Both the position numbers and the translations under genes were made by a program. The notes under the pieces are model-generated. The model was not told the origin of the DNA. It searched no databases and worked only from the letters and a program-made list of their open reading frames with translations. From a virus, in the IMG/VR virus record IMGVR_UViG_3300002063_000002, positions 1 to 46,820 of that record: a stretch of 46,820 bases of DNA; one strand, written 5' to 3'. Of the stretch, positions 26,357 to 35,329 are shown in pieces; position 1 is the stretch's first letter, and each line of letters opens with the position of its first letter.

Positions 26357-28321
26357 ATGGCACAAAATAAATTTGCAACAATTCCACCTAAGTCACTTGC
26401 TGAAGCTATCGATGCTTCGTCAGTGTCTTTCAAATTAAAAAACATTAATGGATTTGATGGCCAGCCATTACAGAATCGCCCAGTAGGTGAAGTGATCTAT
26501 GCAACGTTTCAAAGTAATGATGGTACAGAATTAGAGCTTGTACAAATTGACGCAAGCACTATTGCTGATCCTGTTATTTTATTTACTAAACGTGGTATTC
26601 AGTTTGAAGAAGATGGTACAGAGTTAGAAGTTGCAGCTAATAAAAAAACGTGGACTACAGGATTTACTATCGTTAACTTAGGTTCTAACCCACCAGCTCT
26701 ATTCAATAGCTTTGCTCAAGTTGGTACAGATCAATCTATTCAAGCTGTTTGGACTTTTGTAAACGGTATAAAAATTCAAAACGCCCCAGTAGATGGTGAT
26801 GATGCAGTAAATAAAGCATACGTTGATGGAGTTATTGCAGCAGGAGCTCCTGATTCTTCTGTGACTCAAAAAGGTATCGTGAAAACATCTGTCGCTCCTG
26901 CATTAAATACAGAACCTATTGTTGTAGGTGATAATGATCCTCGAGTCCCTACACAAGATGAAAACGATGCGATGGTTGCAGCTTCTGGTCAACCTGTAAG
27001 TTCTACTAATAAGTTCTTAGATGAAGCTTCTTTAGCTGCAAATGGTGGACCTGTAGCTCAAGTACAGCAAGACCCAGGTGTTGAGTTTCAAAACAAATAC
27101 CGACTAGTTGATTTTAACGGTACAGATACAATCATTGTAGAGGGAGACGCTACCCCCGATTTAGTTGTGGGAGGAGATCTTCAGTTGAACTCAACTGGTT
27201 TATCTCCAAGTAATTCGATTAAATACCAAGACACGTTAAACTTCCGACCAGATACAGATAGTAATTCTGTAACAAATACTTATTATGATTTTGTTGCTCC
27301 AGCTAATGGGGGGATTAGAATATTCTTTGAGTCAGACGGAAGCACTGGATATACCCGATTCCGAACAGTGGTTAACGGAGTAATACAGTCTGATGCCGCG
27401 GTAAACCTTCCAGATAATAATCAGTACAACCAAAAACAATTTGACGTAACTTTTAACAAAGGAGACTTGGTTGAATTACAGTGGGGACGAGATGGATTTG
27501 GATCTGATATTCAAAATGTTGCCTTTGCTTATGATTGGCAAATTAACACTTACACTATTCAGTCTGTATCTTTTGCTGCAGGACAAACTACCATTGTAAC
27601 TACAAACAACATGACTGGGGTTGATAATGACTTTGTAGATCCTGTTGAAGTAAACTTGACCGCTGCAAATAACGAAGTAACAATTAATTCAGCTGAATTG
27701 GTTATGGCTACTTATACAATACCTGCTGGATACAACGGTAAAGTTATCGTACGTAGTACAGTGAGAGGTTTTTCTTCTAATGGGGTATACCGAGTTCGAA
27801 TTAATGGAATTGTTGCCGAAACAGAAGCTTTAACTGGGTCTACCTCTAACCCATCTCCCCAGACACCAAGTCATATTATCGATGTGACTGCAGGTCAAGT
27901 GATTACAGTTACTGGAGAAGCTGATACTTCATACACTGGTAGTTCTGAAAGATTTGATTTTTACAACATGGTATTAAAAAATGCTACAGATAATGTAGAG
28001 CCAGATGTTTCTAAATCAGGAGCTGTAACTATTGCCAACTTACCAGCTATCTCCTACCTAGTTCGTGATACTAATAACGTAAACTCAGCTACGATGACTG
28101 TACCTGTAGGTACTCAGCGTATATTAATTGATGCAGGGTATGCTGCCAACGGTAGTTCGCAAGGAGCAGATACTCGTAGGTTTGAATTGCTTCAAGGGTT
28201 ACCTACTCAAAGCATTACTATAGACTCAGCTCGATCTACTGTGTATACATGGAATGTTGGAGCTGGTACAGTCACACGGTCTGGTTCAGCTCCAGTTACA
28301 CAGACCGCTAACTTCTTTTAA
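26357..28321 (+). CDS. Tail-fibre/spike-like protein
   Basis: 654 aa, Thr/Val/Asn/Gly-rich beta-type composition. Contains DDAVNKAYVDGVIA, a motif common in fibre shafts. Confidence 0.55.
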   Translation: MAQNKFATIPPKSLAEAIDASSVSFKLKNINGFDGQPLQNRPVGEVIYATFQSNDGTELELVQIDASTIADPVILFTKRGIQFEEDGTELEVAANKKTWTTGFTIVNLGSNPPALFNSFAQVGTDQSIQAVWTFVNGIKIQNAPVDGDDAVNKAYVDGVIAAGAPDSSVTQKGIVKTSVAPALNTEPIVVGDNDPRVPTQDENDAMVAASGQPVSSTNKFLDEASLAANGGPVAQVQQDPGVEFQNKYRLVDFNGTDTIIVEGDATPDLVVGGDLQLNSTGLSPSNSIKYQDTLNFRPDTDSNSVTNTYYDFVAPANGGIRIFFESDGSTGYTRFRTVVNGVIQSDAAVNLPDNNQYNQKQFDVTFNKGDLVELQWGRDGFGSDIQNVAFAYDWQINTYTIQSVSFAAGQTTIVTTNNMTGVDNDFVDPVEVNLTAANNEVTINSAELVMATYTIPAGYNGKVIVRSTVRGFSSNGVYRVRINGIVAETEALTGSTSNPSPQTPSHIIDVTAGQVITVTGEADTSYTGSSERFDFYNMVLKNATDNVEPDVSKSGAVTIANLPAISYLVRDTNNVNSATMTVPVGTQRILIDAGYAANGSSQGADTRRFELLQGLPTQSITIDSARSTVYTWNVGAGTVTRSGSAPVTQTANFF

Positions 28322-28326
28322 TTACT

Positions 28327-30372
28327 ATGAATAATATACCTAACGCAAATCCAAATGACCCAACATCAAATGTAAATGGCGCTCAAGAAGCACTAGATAA
28401 TTTTGATATAAATACAGTTCCTGATCAAGATAAACAAGGAGCCGTAAGTTTGTTTGGAGCACTATCTTCTCGTTTAACTGAGCTAAAAAACAAAACATCA
28501 GATGATGAAGTGGGTACATCTGCAAACAATCTAGTTGGGCAAAACTCTACAGTAGAAAATCAGGCCACGGTAACCTCAGCTGGATCTGCACGAGACCAAG
28601 TCGCGAAACGATTTCAGGACATCCCGCTCCCTGCTCCATTAACGGGAGCAGAGAGAACGCAGATTCTTGATGGTGACCCAGTACTCGGGTTATTGGATGA
28701 GCGCCAGCAAACACTGAGGGAACGCTTTCTTGAGGACAAGCAAGGTATTGAAGAAGACTTTGACCGTAAAGAAGATGAACTTAAAACAGACCAAGCAGGA
28801 GAGCAAGGGACTTTTCGAAATTCTCTTTTACGTATTGGTGGATTCTTGGGTGGATCAGCATCGCATGTTACATCAATGAATAAACTGGCGGAAACTCACC
28901 GTAAGGAAGTTCTTGAGTTGCAATCAATTGAGCAAGATGCAATATCTGCAGCACGAAGGTCTTACGAAGACGGTAACTTTAATATTGCACTGAAAGAAAT
29001 CGAAGTGGCGGATGAAGCAATTAAAGGTGCTGAGCAAGCACGAGTAGATAACTATGAACGAGCGCAAGAGTTACTTGAAAAAGAACAAGCATCTCGAGAG
29101 GGGGTAGAGAATATTATGTTGTCAGCAGCTAAGAACGGAGCAAGTGAAGAACTACTACGTTCTATTCAAGGTGCATCTAATACCGGAGAAGCTATTGCTT
29201 TAGCATTTGATAAACTTGCTGACCCAGCAGAGACTACCATCGTAGACTTAGGTACATCAAAAGCACTGATTAATTCTCAAACAGGTCAGACTATCCAAAC
29301 GTTTTCTAAGTCACAATTCGCCTCTAGCTCTACTGGTTCAGGTGGTACTTATAGTTACAACGGTATTACTGTTCCTATTTCTAATGATTCTAATGACCCA
29401 ATTGACGTGCCGACTTTTGAAGAGTTCGTTCAAACACAAGAGGTAAAACGAGAAGCAAACAAAGCAACGATACCAGAAGGTTTGTCATTTGAAGAATCAC
29501 TAGAATGGGCAGCTAATAACCGTGGAGGTAATTCATTATTACCAGAAACAGCTGAGCGACTATACCGAGCAGAGTACGAAAACTTTGTTGGTGACCTATT
29601 CCAAACAGCAGAAGAAGAACAAATTAATTCCACATCTGATATTCTTGCCCCAGCTAAAGGAGACAGTTTTGTTACAGCTCAAGCCAAAGCTATTTTGGAC
29701 CCAACAAGTCAATTGAAATTGACAGACATCTCAACTAAAGATAACCTGCGTGGAAACGTAGCAATAGAGTTAAATAGAATTAAGGGGGAGTTAGGTAAGT
29801 CTGGAGACTTCCACTCAATTATGGCTTCATCTGCAGGAGGTAAAGTGGTATCAGATACATTCATTCAATCTTTCTCTAAGGGGGTAAGTGTGATTGATCA
29901 GGTGCAAGATTTAGCCCTTACAGTTGATGCCAATACCGGACCAATTGCCGGTATTGTGCGAGGTAACAACCCATACGATGTAAAGGCTCAAGAGATTTCA
30001 GCTAGGCTACAAGCTCTTGTACCTAACCTTGCTCGTGGTGTGTACGGTGAAGTTGGTGTATTGACGGACAATGATATTCGTTTGTACTCAAAAACTTTAC
30101 CTAACTTAAAAAATACAGATGCAGTTAACCAAGCTGTTCTCTCTATGACTATTCGTTCTGTGCAGCGAGCGCTGGAAAATCAGATCAAGGTAGCTGCCGC
30201 ATCTGGTCGAGACATGTCTGGTTACCTAGGTATTTATGAAGAAGTAAAGGGTAAGGCAGATTCATTACTAGAACAAGCTAAGAGTACTCAGGGGAACTTT
30301 GATGAATCATCAAATACAGGATCAGGTGATACACTAAGTAACGATGAACTAGAGGCATTACTAGCAAGCTAA
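28327..30372 (+). CDS. Alpha-helical internal virion / ejection or tape-measure-like protein
   Basis: 681 aa, long charged helical segments, no TM helix seen. Confidence 0.45.
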   Translation: MNNIPNANPNDPTSNVNGAQEALDNFDINTVPDQDKQGAVSLFGALSSRLTELKNKTSDDEVGTSANNLVGQNSTVENQATVTSAGSARDQVAKRFQDIPLPAPLTGAERTQILDGDPVLGLLDERQQTLRERFLEDKQGIEEDFDRKEDELKTDQAGEQGTFRNSLLRIGGFLGGSASHVTSMNKLAETHRKEVLELQSIEQDAISAARRSYEDGNFNIALKEIEVADEAIKGAEQARVDNYERAQELLEKEQASREGVENIMLSAAKNGASEELLRSIQGASNTGEAIALAFDKLADPAETTIVDLGTSKALINSQTGQTIQTFSKSQFASSSTGSGGTYSYNGITVPISNDSNDPIDVPTFEEFVQTQEVKREANKATIPEGLSFEESLEWAANNRGGNSLLPETAERLYRAEYENFVGDLFQTAEEEQINSTSDILAPAKGDSFVTAQAKAILDPTSQLKLTDISTKDNLRGNVAIELNRIKGELGKSGDFHSIMASSAGGKVVSDTFIQSFSKGVSVIDQVQDLALTVDANTGPIAGIVRGNNPYDVKAQEISARLQALVPNLARGVYGEVGVLTDNDIRLYSKTLPNLKNTDAVNQAVLSMTIRSVQRALENQIKVAAASGRDMSGYLGIYEEVKGKADSLLEQAKSTQGNFDESSNTGSGDTLSNDELEALLAS

Positions 30373-30381
30373 TTAAATATT

Positions 30382-30924
30382 ATGGGACTAACTAAACAAG
30401 AAGTACTAAAACTACAACAGCAAGGTGTATCCAACGAACGAATTCGTGCGTTTGCCAAAGAGCGATCTGCGGAATCTGAAAAAGGATTCTTTGGTAAAGC
30501 TGCTGATTTTAATAAATCAGTAAGTGAAGGGATAGGAGAGTTCAGCGAAGGATTTGTGAAAGGAGGAATAGATCTAGGAAGACAAACACTTGGAGCACTA
30601 GATAAAATAGGTGAGTTCGGATTAGACAATACTGTGGGGAGAATAACAGGTAAGTCTGTAAAAGAAACACGAGATGACTTTGGCGGAGAAGGTAAATTCA
30701 TTCAAAACATAAGACAAAGCGAAACACCTGAATCACTACAACGTGAAGGAGGTCTTCAGAAATTCGGAGGATTCGCTGCGGAAATTGGAGGACTAGCTGC
30801 TCCTATCACGAAAATAAGTAAGGCTACAACTGCGATACAAGGACTCAAGGCTTTCCAGAACGAGTCTACTGATGCAAACCAACAAGAACTTACTCAAAGG
30901 AGTAGCTGGTGTCCTTTCTGGTAA
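30382..30924 (+). CDS. Internal virion protein, N-terminal part (possibly fused to the next ORF)
   Basis: 180 aa, Gly-rich helical. Overlaps the next ORF by 53 nt, with that ORF in the +1 frame. Confidence 0.5.
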   Translation: MGLTKQEVLKLQQQGVSNERIRAFAKERSAESEKGFFGKAADFNKSVSEGIGEFSEGFVKGGIDLGRQTLGALDKIGEFGLDNTVGRITGKSVKETRDDFGGEGKFIQNIRQSETPESLQREGGLQKFGGFAAEIGGLAAPITKISKATTAIQGLKAFQNESTDANQQELTQRSSWCPFW

Positions 30925-31885
30925 AGGTACTCGAGCTATTGATGCTATATTAGAAAACCCAGTAGAGGCTATGCGTGGTTTGCGAGACGATGGATCAGAT
31001 ATTCTTACTCAAAGCGTAAAAGAAATATCTGATGGCGCTGAGTTGTTACGAGAAAAAGCAGCACGAGAATTCCGAGTCGCCGCTGATGCATTGCCAAAAA
31101 CAGCTATCCCAATTAAGAATGTAATTGCAGACACAGATGCGCTACTAGAAGACTTTGGGTTACTATTTAAAAAAGGAGAAAACGGAAAGTCACTTGATGC
31201 TGATCTATCACTATTTGATAAAAACGAAGCAGGGCGACTACAAGAAGCATACGATGTAATGAAGTCATGGTCAGATACATCAGCTCAAGGCCTACACACG
31301 TTAAGTCGTAAGCTACAGAATTTCACTAAACCAGGTGAGCAGTCACCAGAACTTAATGCTGTTATTGGTAACATGTCTCGAAATGTGCTGGACACGCTTG
31401 GAAATGCTGTGCCTGACGCTCGAGTTATGCTTGATAAGTACAAAGCTGCCCATGAAACCTTAGACGCTCTCATGCAAGAATTTCGTGTCTCAGGGTACAA
31501 GGGAGGTCAAACAGCTGCAGAAGAGATTAAAACAGGTACTAAAGTAAACAACTTGTTTACCGGTGAAAAAACATTAGCTACTGAAGCGTTAGACAAAGTA
31601 GCTGACGCAACAGCAATTCAAGCGCGAGAAGCTGGTCGTCAAATGAATGAACTAGTATCTCGAGCGAATGCCTCTATCGGAGAAACTGTTGGAGGATTAC
31701 TTAAATCAGTGATCAGCCCACGAATGATTGGAGAAATAACTGCCAAAACTGGGATTGCCAAAAACCAGATTGATGAAATTATATCTGCATTCGAAAATGA
31801 GTTCCTCAAAGCAGGAGCCACAACTGAGCCGTTAGTGCGTGAGTTCTTGGAATCAATGAACATCATCGAAGGAGATTCAGAATAA
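30872..31885 (+). CDS. Internal virion protein, C-terminal part (possibly fused to the previous ORF)
   Basis: 337 aa with the same compositional style as 30382-30924. This frame is open from 30815. Confidence 0.5.
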   Translation: MQTNKNLLKGVAGVLSGKGTRAIDAILENPVEAMRGLRDDGSDILTQSVKEISDGAELLREKAAREFRVAADALPKTAIPIKNVIADTDALLEDFGLLFKKGENGKSLDADLSLFDKNEAGRLQEAYDVMKSWSDTSAQGLHTLSRKLQNFTKPGEQSPELNAVIGNMSRNVLDTLGNAVPDARVMLDKYKAAHETLDALMQEFRVSGYKGGQTAAEEIKTGTKVNNLFTGEKTLATEALDKVADATAIQAREAGRQMNELVSRANASIGETVGGLLKSVISPRMIGEITAKTGIAKNQIDEIISAFENEFLKAGATTEPLVREFLESMNIIEGDSE

Positions 31886-31887
31886 AT

Positions 31888-31917
31888 AAAAACACCCAGA
31901 GTCACTGGGTGTTTTTA
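31888..31917. terminator. Bidirectional Rho-independent terminator between convergent blocks
   Basis: AAAAACACCCAG-AGTCA-CTGGGTGTTTTT. The 8-bp stem (31892-99/31905-12) has an A-run on one side and a T-run on the other. Confidence 0.8.
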
Positions 31918-31930
31918 TTAATGTAAATTA

Positions 31931-32230
31931 TTACACTTTTTTTGCAGTGAACTTTACCGACTCACTCACAAGTGGAGTAGCAGTACCCATTTGCTTAGCT
32001 TCTTCCTGAGCAGCTTTGTGCTGTTCTCCGATAGCATTAACTTCTGCTGGGTATTCGTACCGTGTAGATTTGTGAACAGAGAACTTACCTAAGTCTGTAT
32101 TCACCTCTCCAGCGTCTTGCACTATTGGTAGAATCTCTCCCATCAATAATGTAATCTGCGCTTTGATTTCTTTTTCTTTGATCTTCAATGCCTGGTAAGA
32201 CATGAATTTATCTTTCATTGCGTCATTCAT
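31931..32230 (-). CDS. Hypothetical protein (recombination module)
   Basis: 99-aa ORF downstream of the exonuclease gene. Confidence 0.6.
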   Translation of the reverse strand: MNDAMKDKFMSYQALKIKEKEIKAQITLLMGEILPIVQDAGEVNTDLGKFSVHKSTRYEYPAEVNAIGEQHKAAQEEAKQMGTATPLVSESVKFTAKKV

Positions 32231-32240
32231 AATTCTAGCT

Positions 32241-33107
32241 TTATATAGTAATCGCTTTTTCTGCCGCTTTTTTAATTAACACCTTACCACTACTGTCGGT
32301 TAACCAACGAGAAAGTGCTAATGTTTTTCTGTAGCCAGCAAATGCCTTGGTCACACTTGGGATAACACGAAGTTCATACGCCGCCTTCGTTTTATCTAAC
32401 CTAAGAATCCAGTGTATTTTTGGCTTCATTCCAGTAAGGCTAGTGAACCCTTTACTGTAAGCTGCCACCTGCATTGCGTAAGTATCCTTATCAATTGAAT
32501 TACTTGTTTTGAAATCAATAACTGCCAATTTGTTATCTATCAAACATAAGAAGTCCAGAGTACCACCAACCTTAACCGATGGTACAGCCACCAATAGCTC
32601 ACTCCAGATAGGAGTAATCTCAGGATGTTCTGCAAAGAAACGTTGAGCACTGTATGCAATTGCATAGAGTCTCGGATCAGATTCAATGTCTTTCTTTTTT
32701 ATGTACGCCTCAATGAATGGAGTGATATCTAACGGCCTTTCTCGTTTTTCAATCCACTCATTCAAGTAATCCTCAATAACCTCGTGACCTTTGGTACCTA
32801 TATCCCCAGCATCTTTAAACGTTTCATCGTGAACTAACGTTGCACGTTTCAAGACTTCGGGGGTGATAGGTGCACCCCTGTCTACAAATTTAGCAATATA
32901 TTCAGTAGCTTGATTAGCCGCCCACTTTTTTAAGTGAGGAGAACTGATTATATTGAGCGGTTGTGTTACGGATATGTAGAGTTCATCTCTCGGTTTGTAC
33001 CGGTAGAAGTGAGCCCACTTAGTGTGCTCGGCTACTATCATATCTTTTGGAATCAGCTCTCGAATTTTTTTACGAATTGCCAGAGCTGATTGGTCCGCCA
33101 CCTGCAT
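32241..33107 (-). CDS. PD-(D/E)xK (RecB/Cas4-like, DUF2800-type) exonuclease
   Basis: 288 aa. GTKGHEVIEDY, then GGTLDFLCLIDNKLAVIDFKTS (D...D-x-K) and YAMQVAAYSKG (QxxxY). Confidence 0.7.
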   Translation of the reverse strand: MQVADQSALAIRKKIRELIPKDMIVAEHTKWAHFYRYKPRDELYISVTQPLNIISSPHLKKWAANQATEYIAKFVDRGAPITPEVLKRATLVHDETFKDAGDIGTKGHEVIEDYLNEWIEKRERPLDITPFIEAYIKKKDIESDPRLYAIAYSAQRFFAEHPEITPIWSELLVAVPSVKVGGTLDFLCLIDNKLAVIDFKTSNSIDKDTYAMQVAAYSKGFTSLTGMKPKIHWILRLDKTKAAYELRVIPSVTKAFAGYRKTLALSRWLTDSSGKVLIKKAAEKAITI

Positions 33108-33703
33108 TAGAATGGTTTGTTACGATTCTCTTCTGCGGCTGCCGCATCTGCCGGAGTGGTATCCGTTGATTGAATTGCAGTAAGCGCTTCAACTGCAGCA
33201 GCTTTCACTTCCTCGTTGATCATTACCCCCTTACCATCAGCTGATGGGTACGCTAGAGCTTCAACAATTTTTGCATCATTACCGTAGTCTGATGGTTTTG
33301 TTTCTTTGAAGTTAACTTTACATACTCCATACAATGGAACTTTTTTAAGTTGCTGTAGCAAGATAGAATCTTTAGTAGTACCGTCAGCGTTGTGAGCGAT
33401 GTTTGCATACACTCGCCAATCTTCTTCAGCACCAATAGATGTCTCAACTAATTCACTTGCTTCGTAACCCTTAACCACTTTACCTTCTGCGTCTCGAGGA
33501 GGTAGGTGTGTAAGACCTGCTGAACCGTCAGCGTTTGCTGGCATAGTCCGAATAGTAAAAATCATTTTTGATTTCTGGTATCGGTCAATGTTTTCATCGT
33601 GTTCAATTGAAACAATTGCTCCACTAATACAGTCCCCAGGTTTACCTGCGTTCCATGTAGGAGTACGCATTACTTGGGGATTTAAATCTGCTAAGTTTGT
33701 CAT
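33107..33703 (-). CDS. Putative ssDNA-binding protein (DUF2815-like)
   Basis: 198 aa, paired with the exonuclease by a 1-nt overlap. The Ala/Glu-rich C-terminal tail ends ...EENRNKPF, reminiscent of SSB tips ending in PF. Confidence 0.4.
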   Translation of the reverse strand: MTNLADLNPQVMRTPTWNAGKPGDCISGAIVSIEHDENIDRYQKSKMIFTIRTMPANADGSAGLTHLPPRDAEGKVVKGYEASELVETSIGAEEDWRVYANIAHNADGTTKDSILLQQLKKVPLYGVCKVNFKETKPSDYGNDAKIVEALAYPSADGKGVMINEEVKAAAVEALTAIQSTDTTPADAAAAEENRNKPF

Positions 33704-33870
33704 ATAGATAATTTATTATAATGACTGATAATTACTGCTGTTAGATAATTAAAATAATTTTTCTAGCTAACAGTGCGTCTTAACCCAGATAAAAAGTGAT
33801 TTGGGAAAGATTGTGCGTTCTTGAGGTCGATTTCAAGAATGCAGTATCTGAGTTAAAACACACTGTCAAC

Positions 33871-33899
33871 GAGAAATTGATAATTTAATAACGATCGAG
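33871..33899. repeat. Left arm of a 29-bp inverted repeat (GAGAAATTGATAATTTAATAACGATCGAG)
   Basis: Its reverse complement matches 34097-34125 at 28 of 29 positions, plus 2 more flanking bp. The arms are 197 bp apart. Confidence 0.9.
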
Positions 33900-34096
33900 G
33901 CAAGGATTTGACGAGGTCGGAACACCTTCACTAAAACCGACTTGTTATTGGGTGTTTTTGTTTAACTCGTATAGTCACCTTGCTCTTTCCTGAATGACTG
34001 CGTTTTTTATATACAGGATTTTTCAACAGACAGGATGTTCAGCGTCTCAATGTGCTTTTTTTGCATCCTCTGAATGTCATTTGCTTTCTAATCGCA

Positions 34097-34125
34097 CTCG
34101 ATCGTTATTAAATTATCAATTGCTC
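34097..34125. repeat. Right arm of the 29-bp inverted repeat (CTCGATCGTTATTAAATTATCAATTGCTC)
   Basis: See the left arm. Read directly. Confidence 0.9.
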
Positions 34126-34176
34126 GTGAAAATAATACTATCATTAATTTATAGTTTAGCAAGTGTATAACTTAAT

Positions 34177-34206
34177 TTGTAAAAAGTACAGTTGTCGTGA
34201 TATAGT
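34177..34206 (+). promoter_or_regulatory. Sigma70-like promoter candidate for the primase operon
   Basis: TTGTAA (34177-82), an 18-nt spacer, then TATAGT (34201-06), 65 nt upstream of ATG 34271. Pattern match only. Confidence 0.3.
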
Positions 34207-34270
34207 AAATGGAGTTACGGAAATGATTGTGACATTAAGTGATAATCAATAACACCTAGCTGGCAAACAA

Positions 34271-35245
34271 ATGAATACATTCAACCTACAAGAGTACTTG
34301 ATCTCTCGACACATTACCAAAGACTTCGGAATTACTATGGATGGCAATCGTATTGCTATACCTGTACACGATGTTGAAGGTAATTTTTTATTTAACAAAT
34401 ATCGTAAGCATCCTGATGATACATCAGATGCCCCTAAATACACTTATGAAAAAGGAACAACAGCACAATTATTTAATGCACATCGTCTCGACCCCAAAAA
34501 CGAAAGTGTTTATATCTACGAGGGGGAGTTCGATTGCCTTTTGGCAGCATCTCAAGGATATAATGCCGTCTCATCTACAGGAGGAGCTGCTACTTTCAAA
34601 GAAGAATGGGCACAATGGTTAGTAAAACAAGGGTACAAAGAATTTAATTTTTACTTTGATAATGACGAAGCAGGATTAACTGCTATGTCGCGACACGCAT
34701 GGAAACTCCGAGAAATTTTACCTACTATTACAATAAACACTATCGCTCGTAGATCATCTGAGGGGAAAAAAGTAAAAGATGTATCTGATGCAGAAGGTTG
34801 TAAGAGTGTAACGGTAATTCAATCAGTGCTAAAGTGGGAAGGTAGTTATAAAAAATACTTAGATGATGTAATTTACCACATAGCACAACATAACCATATC
34901 GGATTACCAGATATGGGAATGGAGAAGTTACGAGAACTTTGTTACGCAGAATACCAGCAATCAAAGAAACCAAAAACAACACAGGGCTATGATGGGCCGG
35001 ATCTTATTAGTGCAATGAAACAGGTACCCATTGAAGAGTATCTAACAGGTTGGAATCACGAGTTAAAAATGAATTGTATATGGCACAACGAAAAGACTCC
35101 ATCAATGCGTTTATATAAAGAGAACAATAAAGTGTACTGCTTTGGTTGTCAAAAGTCAGGAGATGTAATTGATGTGGTCGCTCAATTACAATGTAATGGA
35201 GATACAAGTGAGGCCTTAAAATTTATGAAGTCGAAACATAAATAA
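34271..35245 (+). CDS. DnaG-type DNA primase with TOPRIM first and the CHC2 zinc finger at the C-terminus
   Basis: 324 aa. PKYTYEKGTTAQLF (DnaG KY motif), YIYEGEFDCLL (TOPRIM Glu), FYFDNDEAG (DxD). The C-terminus VPIEEYL...CIWHNEKTPSMRLYKENNKVYCFGCQKSGDVIDV is a zf-CHC2 with C269, H272, C290 and C293. Confidence 0.8.
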   Translation: MNTFNLQEYLISRHITKDFGITMDGNRIAIPVHDVEGNFLFNKYRKHPDDTSDAPKYTYEKGTTAQLFNAHRLDPKNESVYIYEGEFDCLLAASQGYNAVSSTGGAATFKEEWAQWLVKQGYKEFNFYFDNDEAGLTAMSRHAWKLREILPTITINTIARRSSEGKKVKDVSDAEGCKSVTVIQSVLKWEGSYKKYLDDVIYHIAQHNHIGLPDMGMEKLRELCYAEYQQSKKPKTTQGYDGPDLISAMKQVPIEEYLTGWNHELKMNCIWHNEKTPSMRLYKENNKVYCFGCQKSGDVIDVVAQLQCNGDTSEALKFMKSKHK

Positions 35246-35258
35246 TTATTAGTCTTTT

Positions 35259-35329
35259 GTGTTCACCACTTCCCCGATACGCTAGGCGACTGCATGCCAG
35301 CCAGTCGGTGTCGGGGAAGTGGTGAACAC
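35259..35329 (+). other. 71-nt GC-rich hairpin with a perfect 19-bp stem between primase and helicase genes
   Basis: GTGTTCACCACTTCCCCGA (35259-77) pairs perfectly with TCGGGGAAGTGGTGAACAC (35311-29). The inner stem is CGACTG/CAGTCG. Confidence 0.85.

Noticed and set aside
33871-34125. Retron-like msr/msd ncRNA, because inverted repeats clamp a structured ~200-nt segment.
   Set aside because: No reverse transcriptase, or any RT motif such as YxDD, is present in any frame of the complete genome. It is kept only as a generic structured element or origin candidate.
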